A stretch of DNA of 62,000 nt, filler included, from Diploschistes diacapsis (Eukaryota): assembly GCA_023645945.1 (NCBI GenBank). It is 14 parts of 14 records of this genome, joined end to end, with 100 filler letters (N's around TTAATTAATTAA, not from the genome) between each part and the next. Parts side by side here need not be neighbours in the genome. Positions count along the whole stretch, not along the records: positions 48,086 to 50,790 come from JALAIB010002102.1; positions 50,891 to 53,595 come from JALAIB010002103.1; positions 53,696 to 56,397 come from JALAIB010002104.1; positions 56,498 to 59,199 come from JALAIB010002105.1; positions 59,300 to 62,000 come from JALAIB010002106.1; 9 more parts are not named here. One strand, 5' to 3'. This document shows positions 48,687 through 61,356 of this stretch, one piece after another. Under the pieces are notes generated by a model. The model saw only the letters and a list, made by a program, of their open reading frames with translations. It was not told where the DNA came from and searched no databases. A program made the position numbers and the translations under genes. Each line of letters begins with the position of its first letter. Within the stretch, counting starts at the first letter, position 1.

Positions 48687-50790
48687 ATGTGGCTGCTTAC
48701 TATATCCTATCTCTTTCTTTCCTTGTTGGTTGTCTCCAATAGAGCCCAAAAAGCCTCCTCGGCAGACGTCCTGCAGTTTGTGGATCAGCTGATTGGCTCG
48801 AACAATGGCGGCAATGTATTCGCGGGTGCAAGCCTGCCGTACAGCATGGCAAAGGCCAGCCCCGATGTCAATGGCGAGAACACGGGCGGATTCGCTACGG
48901 ATGGAAGCAACGTGACTGGATTCTCCCATATGCATGACAGCGGAACAGGAGGCAATCCATCCCAAGGCCAATTTCCCTTGTTTCCCCAAATATGCCCGGG
49001 CGACGTGGTCGACAACTGCAACTTCCGGATCGAAGACAGGTCGGTACCTTACGAGAATGGCTCTGTGCAAGCCAGTCCAGGCTACTTTGCACTTTCGCTT
49101 GCAAGCGGAATCCACGCGGAGATGACAGTCACCCAGCACACGGCATTGTACAACTTTCAGTTCCCGGGCGGAGGAAATGGCAATGGAAGCGCGAGCCCGC
49201 TCATCTTGCTTGACCTGACCGACCTCTGGCAGTCGCGCCAAAATGCAACTACAGCCGTTGACGGCAATGGCCGGATTAGAGGCAATGGTACCTTCTTACC
49301 TAGCTTTGGCAGCGGATATTACTTGGCCTATTTTTGCGCAGATTTCTTTGGAGCGTCTGTGCGTGACACTGGCACTTGGGTCAACAGCCGTGCTGGAACA
49401 GAGCCCAAGGAGATCTTTATCACCAGAGGTATCAATGCGTTCTACCTGGAAGGCGGGAGTTGGGTGAGATTTAATCATCCATCTAATTCCACAATCACTG
49501 CTCGCGTTGGCGTTAGTTTCGTCAGCACAGATCAAGCTTGCAGCAATGCTGAGACAGAGATTCCCGATCCCCTGGGGTCATTTAACACGCTCAAGTCAAA
49601 TGCCGCAAACGCCTGGAGAGAAAAGCTGGGCGTCGTGTCAATCAACGCAGGAGGAGCCAACAAGTCTTTGCAGACTAATTTCTACAGCGCCATGTACAGG
49701 ACGATGATGAGCCCGCAAAATTACACTGGAGAGAATCCTCTGTGGCATAGTACCGAGCCGTACTTTGACTCGTTCTACTGGTACGCCTGCCTTTGAGACC
49801 AACGAATGGATGCTAAAGCCAAGCTAGTATTTGGGATTCTTTCCGGTCTCAGTTTCCATTCCTTTCAATAGTCGACCCACTTTCAGTGTCGCAGATGGCA
49901 AGAAGCCTGCTTGACACCTACAAGCATGTCGGATGGCTGCCGGATTGCCGTATGACCCTGTGTAAGGGGTTCACGCAAGGCGGGTCCAACGCCGACAATG
50001 TCTTTGGTGACATTTACGTAAAGAACTCAACCACCGGAATCGACTGGAATCTGGCCTGGGAGGCCGTGACAAACGACGCCGAAAACGAGCCAATAGACTG
50101 GTCCAACGAAGGTCGCGGCGGCCTCATGAGCTGGCATTCCCTCGATTACATACCGTATCTAGACTACGACTACCTCGGCTTTGGGACCAATTCACGGAGC
50201 ATATCTCGCACGGTGGAGTACGCTTACAACGATTTCTGCGTCTCGGAAATCGGCAAAGGCTTGGGCAAGAACTACACGACCTACCTCGCGAGATCGAACG
50301 CCTGGAAGAACATCTTCAAAGCGGACCAGACGTCCTTCATCAATGGCACCGACACCGGGTTCACAGGCTTTTTCCAGCCCAAGTTCCTGAACGGGACATG
50401 GGGCTACCAGGATCCCATACTCTGTTCTCCAATCGACTCCTTTTGCTCCCTTACCGACAATCCGCAAGAGACTTTTGAAGATAGTATATGGGAGTACCAA
50501 TTGCAAGTCCCCTACTTCCCCTCTCTTCCGCCCTGCCACTACCGGCCCTCGAACCCACCCATCCGGGCCCATCGCTAATCCTTGACTAGCTTTGTCCCCC
50601 ACGACCAAGCTTCACTGATCGCCCTCCTCGGTGGCCCCGAAGCCTTCATCAAGCGGCTCGACTACCTCCACAATTCCGGGCTGCAGGACATTGGGAACGA
50701 GCCCTCGTTCCTAAACTGCTACCTCTACCACTGTACGCCAAGCTTCCCTTTAACCACTCCCCCTTCCAACCCACCCCTCCCACCTCTAAC
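48687..50790 (+). CDS. Secreted glycoside hydrolase family 92 alpha-1,2-mannosidase (3' truncated by contig end)
   Basis: Signal peptide; GNVFAGASLPYSMAKASPD, GFSHMHDSGTGG, GENPLW.STEPYFDSFY, GWLPDCRM..CKGFTQGGSNAD, SRTVEYAYNDF, DIGNEPSF. Confidence 0.95.
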
Positions 50791-50890
50791 NNNNNNNNNN
50801 NNNNNNNNNNNNNNNNNNNNNNNNNNNNNNNNNNTTAATTAATTAANNNNNNNNNNNNNNNNNNNNNNNNNNNNNNNNNNNNNNNNNNNN

Positions 50891-51020
50891 ACATAACATA
50901 TCCTAAATATAAAATATTACTACCATATTTTACCTTAATTTTCCTAACGTAGTCTAAATAAAGTATTCTTTCCCCGACTTTAATTCGTCGTTTTCGAATA
51001 AGAATCAATTTTTTAAATAA
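50891..51020 (-). mobile_element. Copia fragment of the same family as 11327-14049
   Basis: Aligns by eye with 13860-13990. Confidence 0.75.
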
Positions 51021-51022
51021 AT

Positions 51023-51242
51023 TTTTGGGCAACGCATGTATTGAAGTCTGGATATCTAGAGATCTAACTAGAAGGAAGAGTCTACATGCAAGCTCTTATA
51101 CCAATAGGATCCACTAAGCCCTATAAACTTGCACTACTCCCGATTAGGATTAGTAGGAACCCTAGTAGGTTCAGCTGAACTGAACCTGAACCTGAGGTTT
51201 AGTTGAACTTCCCAGCCATGTATTCTATATACCTGTTCAACA
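51023..51242 (-). mobile_element. LTR related to 4315-4531
   Basis: Reverse complement TGTTGAACAGG...CATGGCTGGGA...GTTCAGTTCAGCTGAACC...AGACTTCAATA...CGTTGCC matches the 4315 LTR. Confidence 0.8.
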
Positions 51243-51899
51243 CTCTTCTACGGGCGGAATCATCGGCATATTCTGTAGTAGCTATAGTGCTACTAGGGAG
51301 AGTCGCTTGTTCTTGCTGGGCTCGCTTGTCCCTGCCCTCGCTGGCGTAGCCTGTGACGCCATGGGACATGATGCCATTGGGCATCCACCCGCTTAATAGC
51401 TATAATAATAGCTATAAAGAGCTCGATGGTAGTTATAGCTTTTAGAATGCATCTTCACTTCATAAATTAATTTAAATTAATACTAATAAATAGTAACAAC
51501 GAATTAGACGATCAATTCTTAGAACAATCCTAGCTCCAGTAGTTTCTACACCTAGTTCATGTACTAAACCAGAGTTCGTAGCAAAGCTTCGGCCTTATAG
51601 AACTTTCTCCTTCCCCTTAATCTGCAGTTACTAGAGCTTGTTTTATATATTACTTTATCTTCCTTTCCTTTCTCTAATTAAGTTATAATTAAGTTCTAAT
51701 TACATATATCGATCTCGTCCTTAATCAACCTATAATTAGTTTAAAACTAATTTTGATTTATTAACTATTAACTAATATCTGAGAAAGCACCTTTGGTTAA
51801 GATTTCCTGGATCTGCCTACACCTGAAAGAAACGAGCATCGAGTACAAATTGCTCACCAACCTAAAGCGAACCTTGATCGGAAAGCAGCTTTCTAGACC

Positions 51900-53595
51900 A
51901 GCTGTCTCGATAAGAAGTCTTTATGTTAGAATTATTGATTAAGGAACAGCGAGACAACTTCTTTCTAAGAACGTTATAACTATTATACTATACGTAAGCT
52001 AAAAACCAGTTCCGGGGTTCGGAAAACTATTTATTTATCTTTTAATAAATCGTCCGTAATCAAGAGCATCCTTTATTAATAGTTAAAAGATAATAAAAGT
52101 TTAATCGAAAACATTCTATTATCGGAAAGAAGGAGTTTAAAAATAATACTCAACCCAAATTAATTAAAGAAGAGCGTCGATTAACGCCATTCTTTTTAGA
52201 ATAAATAACCGATAAATCTTTTATTTAAATCGAAGTCAAGATTTTTTATGTAACGCCCAAAGGTGCGCCCTGGGGTTCAGGTCCCCCTGCTGCCACAGCC
52301 ACGCACCTACATATAGTATAATAGGGAAACAGTGCTTCGGGGTTCCTGAAAGCATTGTATTAATCTTTTGGCTTAATAGGATAGCGTTATCTTATTAGGC
52401 ACTATTCCCGTTATTATAGTTATACTTTCATTCCTTAAGTCGTTGGTTCGAGCACGAGCGTAAATAATACGTCGAGTTTATTACGTTACGGTTAAACGTG
52501 CGATTTTACGAGATTGACGTTATATAAAAACATGCGGTTAATTTTAAGTACGGCTGAGTTATCTCGCCTCTAAATCCATAACGTAGATATTAGAAACGGT
52601 TTAAAATATTTAACATACTCGGGGCGCTATATGAGACGTGGCAGATGCTAAGAGCCAGCACTATAAGGAAAGAAGATAGCTGTAACGCCCAAAGATGCGC
52701 CCTGGGGTTCAGGTCCCCCTACTACCACAGCCACGCACCTACATATAATATAATAGAGAAACAGTGCTTCGGGGTTCCTGAAAGCATTGTGTTAATCTTT
52801 TGGCTCAGTGGGATAGCGCTACCCTATTAGGCACTACCCCCGCTGTTACATTTTATTAAGGAGTATTCAGTATAAATATTTAACTTATTTTTTAATAACG
52901 TCTTATCTAGTAAACCCGGATCCGCTTATTATCAGCGAGCTCGATCTCAACTTTTAAACACTATTAACGAAGGATTTAGATCAAGTTTATCGTTTTAGTA
53001 GTCTCGGTATACATCTTTAAATTAATCGAAAGAGTTTATATTTATTTCGTTTTTAACAGCTTTAAGAATTATAATTATATTTAATAAGTAGCCATTAAGG
53101 ATATCTATTATCGAAAAATAGTAGGGTATAACGCCTATTTAGAAAAACGATATCTTACGATCGTTAAGAAAGTAGATAAAAGAAATCTTTTAAAAAAAGA
53201 TAGATAATTTATTAAATAATTACGAGCGTCGACGAAATCGACGATCATAAAATTTATAAAAAGATTTTCTCGAAGACGATCCGCCTACGATTATGATAAA
53301 GCGCCAATTTAATACCCGCACGGTCGGATACTTCGACCCAAATTAGAATGTTTCCGCCGTCGAAGTTAAAGACAAAGTATAACGTGTATCACGATCCTTA
53401 CGCCTTTGTCGAAAGACTTTAAGTAAAGCTGGTAATAGAAATTAACAAATTCTTAATATAGAATCTAGATACTTATCTGTTGAAAGTTACGAATCGATAA
53501 TATATAAAAAAAATTAATAAAGTTATAAACATCGGATTTCGCGTTAACGATTTCGAGATATAATGCGATAGTTTAATTATTCGTTTCAAGTAAAG
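51900..53595 (+). mobile_element. Heavily RIP-degraded probable Gypsy pol remnant hosting a TRIM
   Basis: AT-rich, CpG-retaining composition; weak DF...YNAIV integrase-start-like motif at 53535-53595. Confidence 0.4.
52249..52850 (+). mobile_element. Complete TRIM (miniature non-autonomous LTR element), 602 bp
   Basis: 170-bp direct repeats at 52249-52418 and 52681-52850 (TGTAAC...GTTACA), 262-bp non-coding core, purine tract AAGGAAAGAAGATAG before the 3' LTR, and TTTTA 5-bp TSD on both sides. Confidence 0.92.
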
Positions 53596-53695
53596 NNNNN
53601 NNNNNNNNNNNNNNNNNNNNNNNNNNNNNNNNNNNNNNNTTAATTAATTAANNNNNNNNNNNNNNNNNNNNNNNNNNNNNNNNNNNNNNNNNNNN

Positions 53696-53834
53696 TGATT
53701 CGAATGGTGATATTTGTTTTAAAGGAGCGTGGGTGTAAAAAAACTTATAATAAACATCACTTGAAAGACCCGCAAAAAGGGCGTAAAGGCTAATGGTAAA
53801 ATATATATTTATTTCGGTCACAATAACTGCTCTG
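53696..53834 (-). mobile_element. Terminus of the CAGAG-ended repeat, copy 2
   Basis: Near-identical to 48086-48231. Confidence 0.85.
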
Positions 53835-54074
53835 ATATCCCGCTGATCTTCCTGATCTTGTTTTGATCATCTGAATCTTTGGTCTCCGCCTTGGTCTTGA
53901 TCGTTGATGGTTCAATATGTCTTTATCAGGATCAGCCCTTGAGCTTGCTTTTCCTCCCTAAAGGTTCTGAGGTGCGCTACTGCCAGCGAAAGCGTTCCTG
54001 TAGAAGCAGCATGCTATTAGCTCCAGAGAGCAGATGAGCAATATCAACACCACGTTCTCGACAAGTCCCTAATT

Positions 54075-56397
54075 ATGAACGACCCCGGTTTGGACGAGCC
54101 CATTAGCAACAATGCAAAGGACTTTGAAAATGGCCCTTACGAGGATGATAGCAACAATGACGAGGCCGAGGACGATCAAGCCTTCCTTAAGCCAAGGTAG
54201 ATTTTGACGCTATCGCCAAGCAGCTGGCCATACTAACATGTCATACCTAGTCGATGGTGGTTCGCGTCAACGGCTTTTCCCTTGATCGCTGTACGTACAT
54301 TGCTGCTTCAGAGATTACATCAACTAATATTTGCGGATAGGGTACCTTTGGACCTATGGCCAGTGCTTTCAACGTCTGCGCCCTCGCTTCGCATTGGCGA
54401 GTTTCGGTGGCACCTGGATTGAGTGAAAACAACGGTAACGACGTACCGGATCCTGAATGGTATGCAACCTGATCGGACATGTCCCCGCGTAGCTGGAGCT
54501 AAAGGCTACTATAGGCTTACCGCTATCAACGCCATCTCCTTCATCATAGCCGTCATTGCAAATATGGCCCTGCTCCTCAACATGGCCCGAAGACTACCGT
54601 TTTCGGTAGCACAACCGATCACAATCGTTGGGTGGTACATCTCTGGCTTTATCCTGATCGGGCTCGTGGCCGCTGCCGCGTATGCTCCGAGCATGCAGCT
54701 TCCGCCAGAAGAGAATGAATACCTTACGCAAGCGTTCTACTACGCCATCCTGGCTGCTGGACTTTACCTCATCGTAGCAAGCATGATGGTAGCTACTGTC
54801 GTTGGTGCATATAAAAAACATTACCCCAAGGACTTCAACCTCACAATGAGCCAGAGAACGTTGATGCTGCAGACAATCACGTATCTGGTATATCTCTTAG
54901 GCGGCGCCGCAGTTTTTGCGCATATCGAGAACTGGTTGTTCCTAAATGGAGTATGGTGGGCGAACTTCACACTTTTGACGATAGGAATTGGTGATTACTA
55001 CCCCATTACTCATCTTGGCCAAGGCCTTTTGTTTCCCTATGCGATAGGCGGCGTTGTCATTCTTGGCCTAGTCATTGGCTCAATTCGATCTCTGGTCCTA
55101 GAACGTGGCGAAAAGAAAATAGCGGCCCGTATGGTTGAGAAGCAACGCGAGCAAGTGGTCTCCCAGCTCGACAAGGGTGGAAAAGACAAGAAAATCCGTA
55201 TGGGTTTCTCCCCCAGGTTCCACTCCAAGCCCCAAGGCAAATCCGAGTATCAACGACGCGGTGAAGAATTCCGACTCATGCGCAAGATACAAGAGCATGC
55301 AGAATCGCGCCGCAAGTGGTTTGCCCTCTTTTTGTCCGGCATTACGACCCTAGCCCTGTGGCTCGTTGGTGCCGCCATCTTTTGGGTAGCGGAGCGCGAC
55401 AAGCAAGGCATGACTTACTTCGAGGCCATCTACTTCGCCTACACTTCCTTACTGACCATCGGCTATGGCGACTATACGCTCGTTTCCAACTCCGCCAAGC
55501 CTGTCTTTGTGTTCTGGTCCTTTATCGCTGTTCCCACGCTCACCATCCTAATTTCCAACATGGGCAACACCGTGGTGAAAGGTGTCCGCGATGCTACACT
55601 GTGGCTAGGCGAAGTCACCGTCCTCCCTGGTGAGGGATCCACGCTACAAAAGGTAAAGAAGAGCGCCACGCTCATCAAAGAAGGGAAGATACCAGGCCTG
55701 TCTGGAAGTGGACCCACCGAAGAGACTCCAGGCGGCGTCTTCATGAGCGAAACGAACCGTGCCGCAGGTAAGGACCGGGGCGGGGCCGGGGCGTCGCAGC
55801 AGCAAGCGAGCCCGGAACAGGCGATTACGAACAGGCTAGGGCGGGAGTTTGAGGACGAGGAGCTGGAGGACGCGGTCATCGCGAAGGAGCACGGCGACAA
55901 GCTGAGCGCGGACGTGCACCTGTACCACCACCTCCTCGTGAAAGAGATCCGGAACGTGATGAAGGACGTGAGCGAGAACCCGGAGAAGAAGTACAGCTAC
56001 CACGAGTGGGCCTGGTTCCTGCGCCTGCTGGGCGAGGACGAAAACGACCCCGAGCTCCACCGCGAGCCCAAGACGGAAGCCGAAAAGAAGGAGATCCAGC
56101 AGGGCGGCACCGAGGGCGCGCGGCAGCCGGGCAGCCGCAGCCAGGAGGCGAAGGAGAGCGGCAGCAACGGCGTCGGCGGCAGAGAACGGGAAGGCGCGGA
56201 GGGGACGGCGGACGGCCAACTGCCGCGCACGGTGGGCGAGTCCTCGGGGGAGGGGGATAACGAGAAGAGCACGCCGTGGTCGTGGGTCGGCATTCGGAGC
56301 CCACTGCTCGGCGAGACGGAGGAGGCGGAGTGGGTGCTGGAGCGCCTGAGCGACAAGCTGGAGAGCGAGCTGAGGGAGCAGAGGAGGAGGGGGAGGG
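54075..56397 (+). CDS. TOK1: TOK1-like tandem-pore outward-rectifying K+ channel (three 5' introns; 3' truncated)
   Basis: MNDPGLDEPI..., RWWFASTAFPLIA, GTFGPMASAFNVCAL, LTMSQRTLMLQT, pore motifs TIGIGD and TIGYGD. Confidence 0.92.
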
Positions 56398-56497
56398 NNN
56401 NNNNNNNNNNNNNNNNNNNNNNNNNNNNNNNNNNNNNNNNNTTAATTAATTAANNNNNNNNNNNNNNNNNNNNNNNNNNNNNNNNNNNNNNNNNNNN

Positions 56498-57978
56498 CCC
56501 ACATCGAACACCGCCAGCACGCTCTTCAAAAACACATCCCCGATGATACTGAACCCCTGCCCCGCGCCCGCCACCCCGCTGATACAGCTCCCGTCCGCCT
56601 CCCCACCGTCCAGCACCAGGTCCGCGGCATCGAGCGCGAAGCCGGTGCCGTTGACCACGATGTGCAAGCCCGCGGGGACCGCGTCGCACGCAACGGCGTA
56701 CACCCCTTCCTCGGCGTCGTATTGCGCCGGCGGGTCCCACAGCGCGTTGAACTCCGCCGCGAGCGCGTCCGGCAGGTACAGCAGCGTGGTGCCGGAGTCG
56801 ACGATGGCCTGGAAGACGCGGGGTTTGCGGGCGCGGCGCACGGGGTCGAAAGCACCGCTCTCGAAAACGGAAGAGGACGGGGACGAGGAGGAGCTTTCGT
56901 CGCCCGGCGGCAGCGACACCACGGCGCTCACGTCGATGGTGTAGAACTGGTAGGACGTCGCGGCGTGGCCGTCGACTTTCAGGTACCGGAAGGGGGCGGA
57001 GGCGTTGGGCTGCGTCAGGTCGAGGCCCGGCGGGGTGCCGCCGATGGCGAGCACGCCGGTGCCGTTGTTGCGGTCGAGGGCGACGGAGAAGAGCGCCGGG
57101 ACCGAGCCCTCCGTGTACATGTTTGTGAAGAGGGGGTTGTAGAGGACCTGCGTTGCGGGGCTGTCGGCCGCCGGGTCCGTGCCGGAGAAGGCGGAGGTGA
57201 TGTTGGGGAAGGCCAGGCCGACGAGGCCCGAGGTCACGCCGTCGCCCTCCCAGCCGGCGAAGGTGACGGCGGCGACTTGCTGGTTGCTGACGGTGATGTT
57301 GGCGAGGGTCACGGAGTCGTGGCCGAAGGTGCCGGTGAGGAATTCGCCGTCGGCGTAGGTTACTGTATTGTGCGTTAGAGAGGGGGAGCAGAGAAGGAAT
57401 GGGGCGGGGGGACAAGAAAAAGGAAGCGAAGATATGAAGCGGAAAGACAAAGTGGAGGCAAAGAAAACGGAAGAACATACTATTGAAGTTCTCGTTGGCG
57501 ATGGGCTGGAAGCTTGAGCCCGGCGTGAAGAGGGGGCCGAATTGACATTCAGATTGAGGGGCCGCGGTGCCTGTGGTGACATTAACGCACTGGAAGTTCG
57601 AAGTGGCGAGCCAGGTGTCGCTGCTTCCTGTGTCCTACTACTAGTAAGTCAAAAGAATGTTGAATCTCGAAGGCCACATCATACAAGGATGACCTCGAAT
57701 TTCTGGTCGGCAAACTCGATGTTGGTTACGAACTCCTGGCCATAGTCCACTGAATATACCGGATCGGTGCCATAAGTCCCTTGGACGGGGCTCGTGGTCC
57801 GAATGGTCCTCAGGTATGCAGCACTTCTTGAGCCCTTCTTCCTCGACAATAGAACAGCATTATCGGTTTCCACCCAGTCGTTCCTGGATGTGATGGCACT
57901 TGGCCTTTCAGCGTGCAGCGAGAACTTGGCTGAAGCGCCAGCAAGGAGTGAAACCAAAGATAAACCGAGAGCCCACAT
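56498..57978 (-). CDS. Secreted A1 (pepsin-like) aspartic protease (3' truncated)
   Basis: Signal peptide MWALGLSLVSLLAGASA; DTGSSDTW after intron 1; YADGE flap; SGLVGLAF; IVDSGTT; IIGDVFLKS. Confidence 0.95.
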
Positions 57979-59053
57979 ATTGTCTACAGAAACTCACTTC
58001 ACCGAAACAGTTCTCAGGAGTAAAACAAACAATTGCCAAGGAATGACAGAGATAGTGGCTCGAAGAGGGTTTTGTAGCGAAACACTACCCAAATGCGCGT
58101 AATCGGCAGAATCGGCAAGGATCGTCAAGAAAGCAACAAAGAACGTGAACCTACCTTACCAAAGAGGGGGTGAATTCGATCTTCTGGATGGACAAAATCG
58201 TCACACAAGCATGCCTTTTGAGCCGCCGAATACCATTGGCAGATAAGGAGTAGGACTGTTCATAGACCCTTCCTGTCAAAATACCGCTGCGAGGCTCTTT
58301 GGACCAGTGGCATGCTGACAAGCCAACACCAGAGGATCATAGAGTAGGCCGTTCGGGAAGAGGCCACTGGTAGATTGGGCAAAGCTGCATTTCTTAGATA
58401 TGCACATCTTGCATTCTCTAGCCATGTTCGACTGTCAGTGCGCTCTAACGCTTTTTTATTTCGTTCCCCAGAAAGGAGCGGGGAGTGCTCTAATGGTCGC
58501 ACACGGCTAGAGGTTGCATATCTTGATATGCTCTCTACCAATCCAGAGAAGCAAGAGCCGGGGGTGAAACCCTACCGAGATGCCTGGATGGCGAAGTTGT
58601 GCAGCTAGAAAGATCAAAGAGTCATCGATGTTGCAATGCATATCTGAAATCGGGGGGGGGGCCGAGCGTTTCTCTTGAGAGCGCAGTTCGCCCGTAACCA
58701 TTGAATTTCTGAGCTGCAGTTGCAGCATGTTTATCCTCGTAAATAAGAGAACGCATTCATAATCAAGGGAGGGTTCTTATGGACTTCTCTTGGAAGCCTA
58801 TACCCTAGGTCGTGGCTGCATCCAGCATTACAGCGTCGCGAATGTCATGCTCTCAAGGCTGCATGTCTGGATAGAGCAAGGCTTGTAGAGGTGAAATCGC
58901 CGACATGATTTCTTTTGAAAGATACGGACAACAAAGTAAAGTGCGGGCCAGAAACGGAAGGTCTATAGAGGATGACGCGTATATCAAAGAAGGAAAAAGA
59001 AATATGAATGGCGCATCAGGAACAAATCGGTCCTACTGCATCCTGGAGAATAG

Positions 59054-59199
59054 CAGAGCAGTTATTGTGACCGAAATAAATATATATTTTACCATTAGCC
59101 TTTACGCCCTTTTTGCGGGTCTTTCAAGTGATGTTTATTATAAGTTTTTTTACACCCACGCTCCTTCAAAACAAATATCACCATTCGAATCAGAATCAT
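59054..59199 (+). mobile_element. Terminus of the CAGAG-ended repeat, copy 3
   Basis: CAGAGCAGTTATTGTGACCGAAAT... is the reverse complement of 48086-48231. Confidence 0.85.
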
Positions 59200-59336
59200 N
59201 NNNNNNNNNNNNNNNNNNNNNNNNNNNNNNNNNNNNNNNNNNNTTAATTAATTAANNNNNNNNNNNNNNNNNNNNNNNNNNNNNNNNNNNNNNNNNNNNG
59301 CAAGGAACAAGCGGCTGGTTTTGCCCCGGAACATAC

Positions 59337-59588
59337 CTTCTTCGTGATCTTGCTCTGTCCCCGCTTCTGGCCTCGCGGTAGCGGTCCTCTCTGCTCGTGG
59401 ATATGCACACCCCGGTCAGCCTACTGCTCTGTTCTTCCGAAGTAGCCGGGTTCACCCCCTCCCCCTTCCCCCCTCGTCGCGGATGTGCCGCAGCACAAGG
59501 GGGGGAGGGCAGAGGAGGGGAGAACAGCATAGCGTCAGGGAGGCTCGGGACGTACGGTGGCGGTCTTGGTGCCGTGCGTGGGACCCAT
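59337..59588 (-). CDS. 5' exons of a small basic protein, probably 60S ribosomal protein eL22
   Basis: ATG at 59588: MGPTHGTKTAT, intron (GTACGT...GCTGAC...CAG), RGPLPRGQKRGQSKITKK, then a GTATGT donor. Resembles the KxTKK stretch before the conserved eL22 core, which is beyond the contig end. Confidence 0.45.
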
Positions 59589-60122
59589 TTCGATGAGAGA
59601 CGGATGGACGGACGAACGGACGGACGCAAAGAGGTGGATATCCTGCGCCTTTTAATTGTTTTGGGAGGGTTTTGGGATTTGAGGTTCGCAGTTGGGTATG
59701 GGCGACGGGATTGAACTCTGCTGGTGGTTTCGAGATGCGGGTTTTTTTCTTGGGTGAGAGGGATCAGGGAGCGATTAGGGCTGGTTAAGCGAGGGCTTGT
59801 TTTTTGGCTACTACTACTAGTACTAGTCCTGAATCGCACGAAATGGCTCCCGCGCTGTTCGATGCGGAGTTTAAATGAATGGATTTTGTATTGTGAGCAT
59901 ATTCTCTTCTTTACTCCTTGGGAGAGCCATGCGGAGCAAAGTGCGATACTTGTCATGTTGCTCGCTTTTTCTAGAACATGAGCCTGTACGGGGCCTTCGG
60001 ACCATAACTAGTATCCACAGCTTGGTGCACATTCCCTGTTTCTACGGTCTCCCTCGAAAACTCCAGGCACGCCCACTTTCTGACCACAAATTTTCTTCTG
60101 ACCCTGCACGGCGGTCTTTCTC

Positions 60123-61356
60123 CTACGCTTCTCGCTCTGCTTCTCTATGCAGTAACTTGAACCACTGCCCAACTATCGTCGTCAAAACCCAGACCCAAAC
60201 GATAAAGATCCACGATCTCAAATGGACGTTGACCTGCCTCTGCCCCTTTTCCCAAGCTTCTCGTGCCTCACTAAACTTCTCTGGATCGTCTGTGATGACA
60301 CCATCGACGCAGTGCTCAATAAGCCAGCGCATCGTCTCCTCGTCGTTTACTGTCCAAGCGTAGACGGGCCGATCTTCCGCGTGCGCATCGGCGATAAATC
60401 TAGGTCCTGCCAAGGGTACCATGAGGATTGAGTAAAACATGTTGAAGCCAACGTTGGGCGTCTTCGAGGTCAGGAACATACGGGCGTATGTGGTGGAGAA
60501 GCCGATATGACTTATTGCAAAATCCGGGAGATGGGCTGCGCAAGGCGCTAGATACTTGAGCTACAACGGAAAGCAAAGAGTTAGCATTAAGCTTTCCCGG
60601 AAGATGCCAAGAAGGCTATGCTGGAAGGTGAAATTTAATGGTGATCTGCAAAAAAAAGGTGACTATACCGCCCAAACACCCAAGACTATCCGCCTGTTCC
60701 ACGGCCTCTTCGGGGATGGAGAAACGGAGGCGATGGCGGAGGCGAGGCAAGTCATCATCAGATCAGGGTCATCATCCATCTAATTCGCTTGTAAGCTCCC
60801 ATACCCTTGAATGTTCAAGAGTTGTTTCCAGACCTTGATATCGAGCAAGACCCAGACATCTTCCAGTCCCGGCTCGGCGAGGTACCGCAGGAGATCTACC
60901 AGGCGCGGCATAGACTCATGCGGAGGCGCTATCGTTCGGAGAGTACTAATGTACTCCCATTCATGATCTGCGATAAGCTGATTCTTGCCAAAACACCTTT
61001 TGAGACTGGAGTCCTGCCCGGGGGGTCAGCTCCAGAGACACCTGAAAAGCATGGATGACCCGACATGCGAAAGCACGGCCACGTTATCTTTCGTTAGATG
61101 CATGTCCGTCTCGATCGCCTCTGCGCCAGCGGCGACCGCCGATCGAAACGAAAGCATGGTGTTCTCGGGGTACTGCGCTCTGAAGCCGCGATGGGCTATG
61201 ATTTGGGGCAATGCGGACCCGTCCTTGTTCTTCTTTGCCATTGTCCATGTAGCTGTAGGCCGTGGTCAGCGACGAACATGGGCTGCTTTCTCCATACCCA
61301 TTTTACACACGTCGAGGGGAAGGCTTTGTCGCCGCCAAGGGGCTGGATTGGGACAT
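60123..61356 (-). CDS. Glycerophosphodiester phosphodiesterase (Pgc1-like) with C-terminal membrane anchor, several introns
   Basis: PQIIAHRGFRAQYPENTMLSFRSAVAAGAEAIETDMHLTKD, WVLLDIK, VYAWTVND, VDGVITDDP, hydrophobic tail. Start codon uncertain. Confidence 0.9.

Noticed and set aside
52436..52462. GGTTCGA T-loop-like motif inside the TRIM core
   Set aside because: No cloverleaf or A box could be built; no tRNA or 5S gene is supported.
55316..57478. Many long overlapping ORFs in alternative frames and strands
   Set aside because: Shadow ORFs caused by very high GC3 in the real genes.
53696..59199. Apparent composite transposon carrying the K+ channel and protease between inverted CAGAG repeats
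   Set aside because: Two separate contigs. The repeat termini face inward toward the genes, so the genes are outside the elements.
2738..59299. Regularly spaced TTAATTAATTAA repeats with ~2.8-kb period
   Set aside because: Artificial six-frame stop linkers inside N runs; not a CRISPR array or biological repeat.
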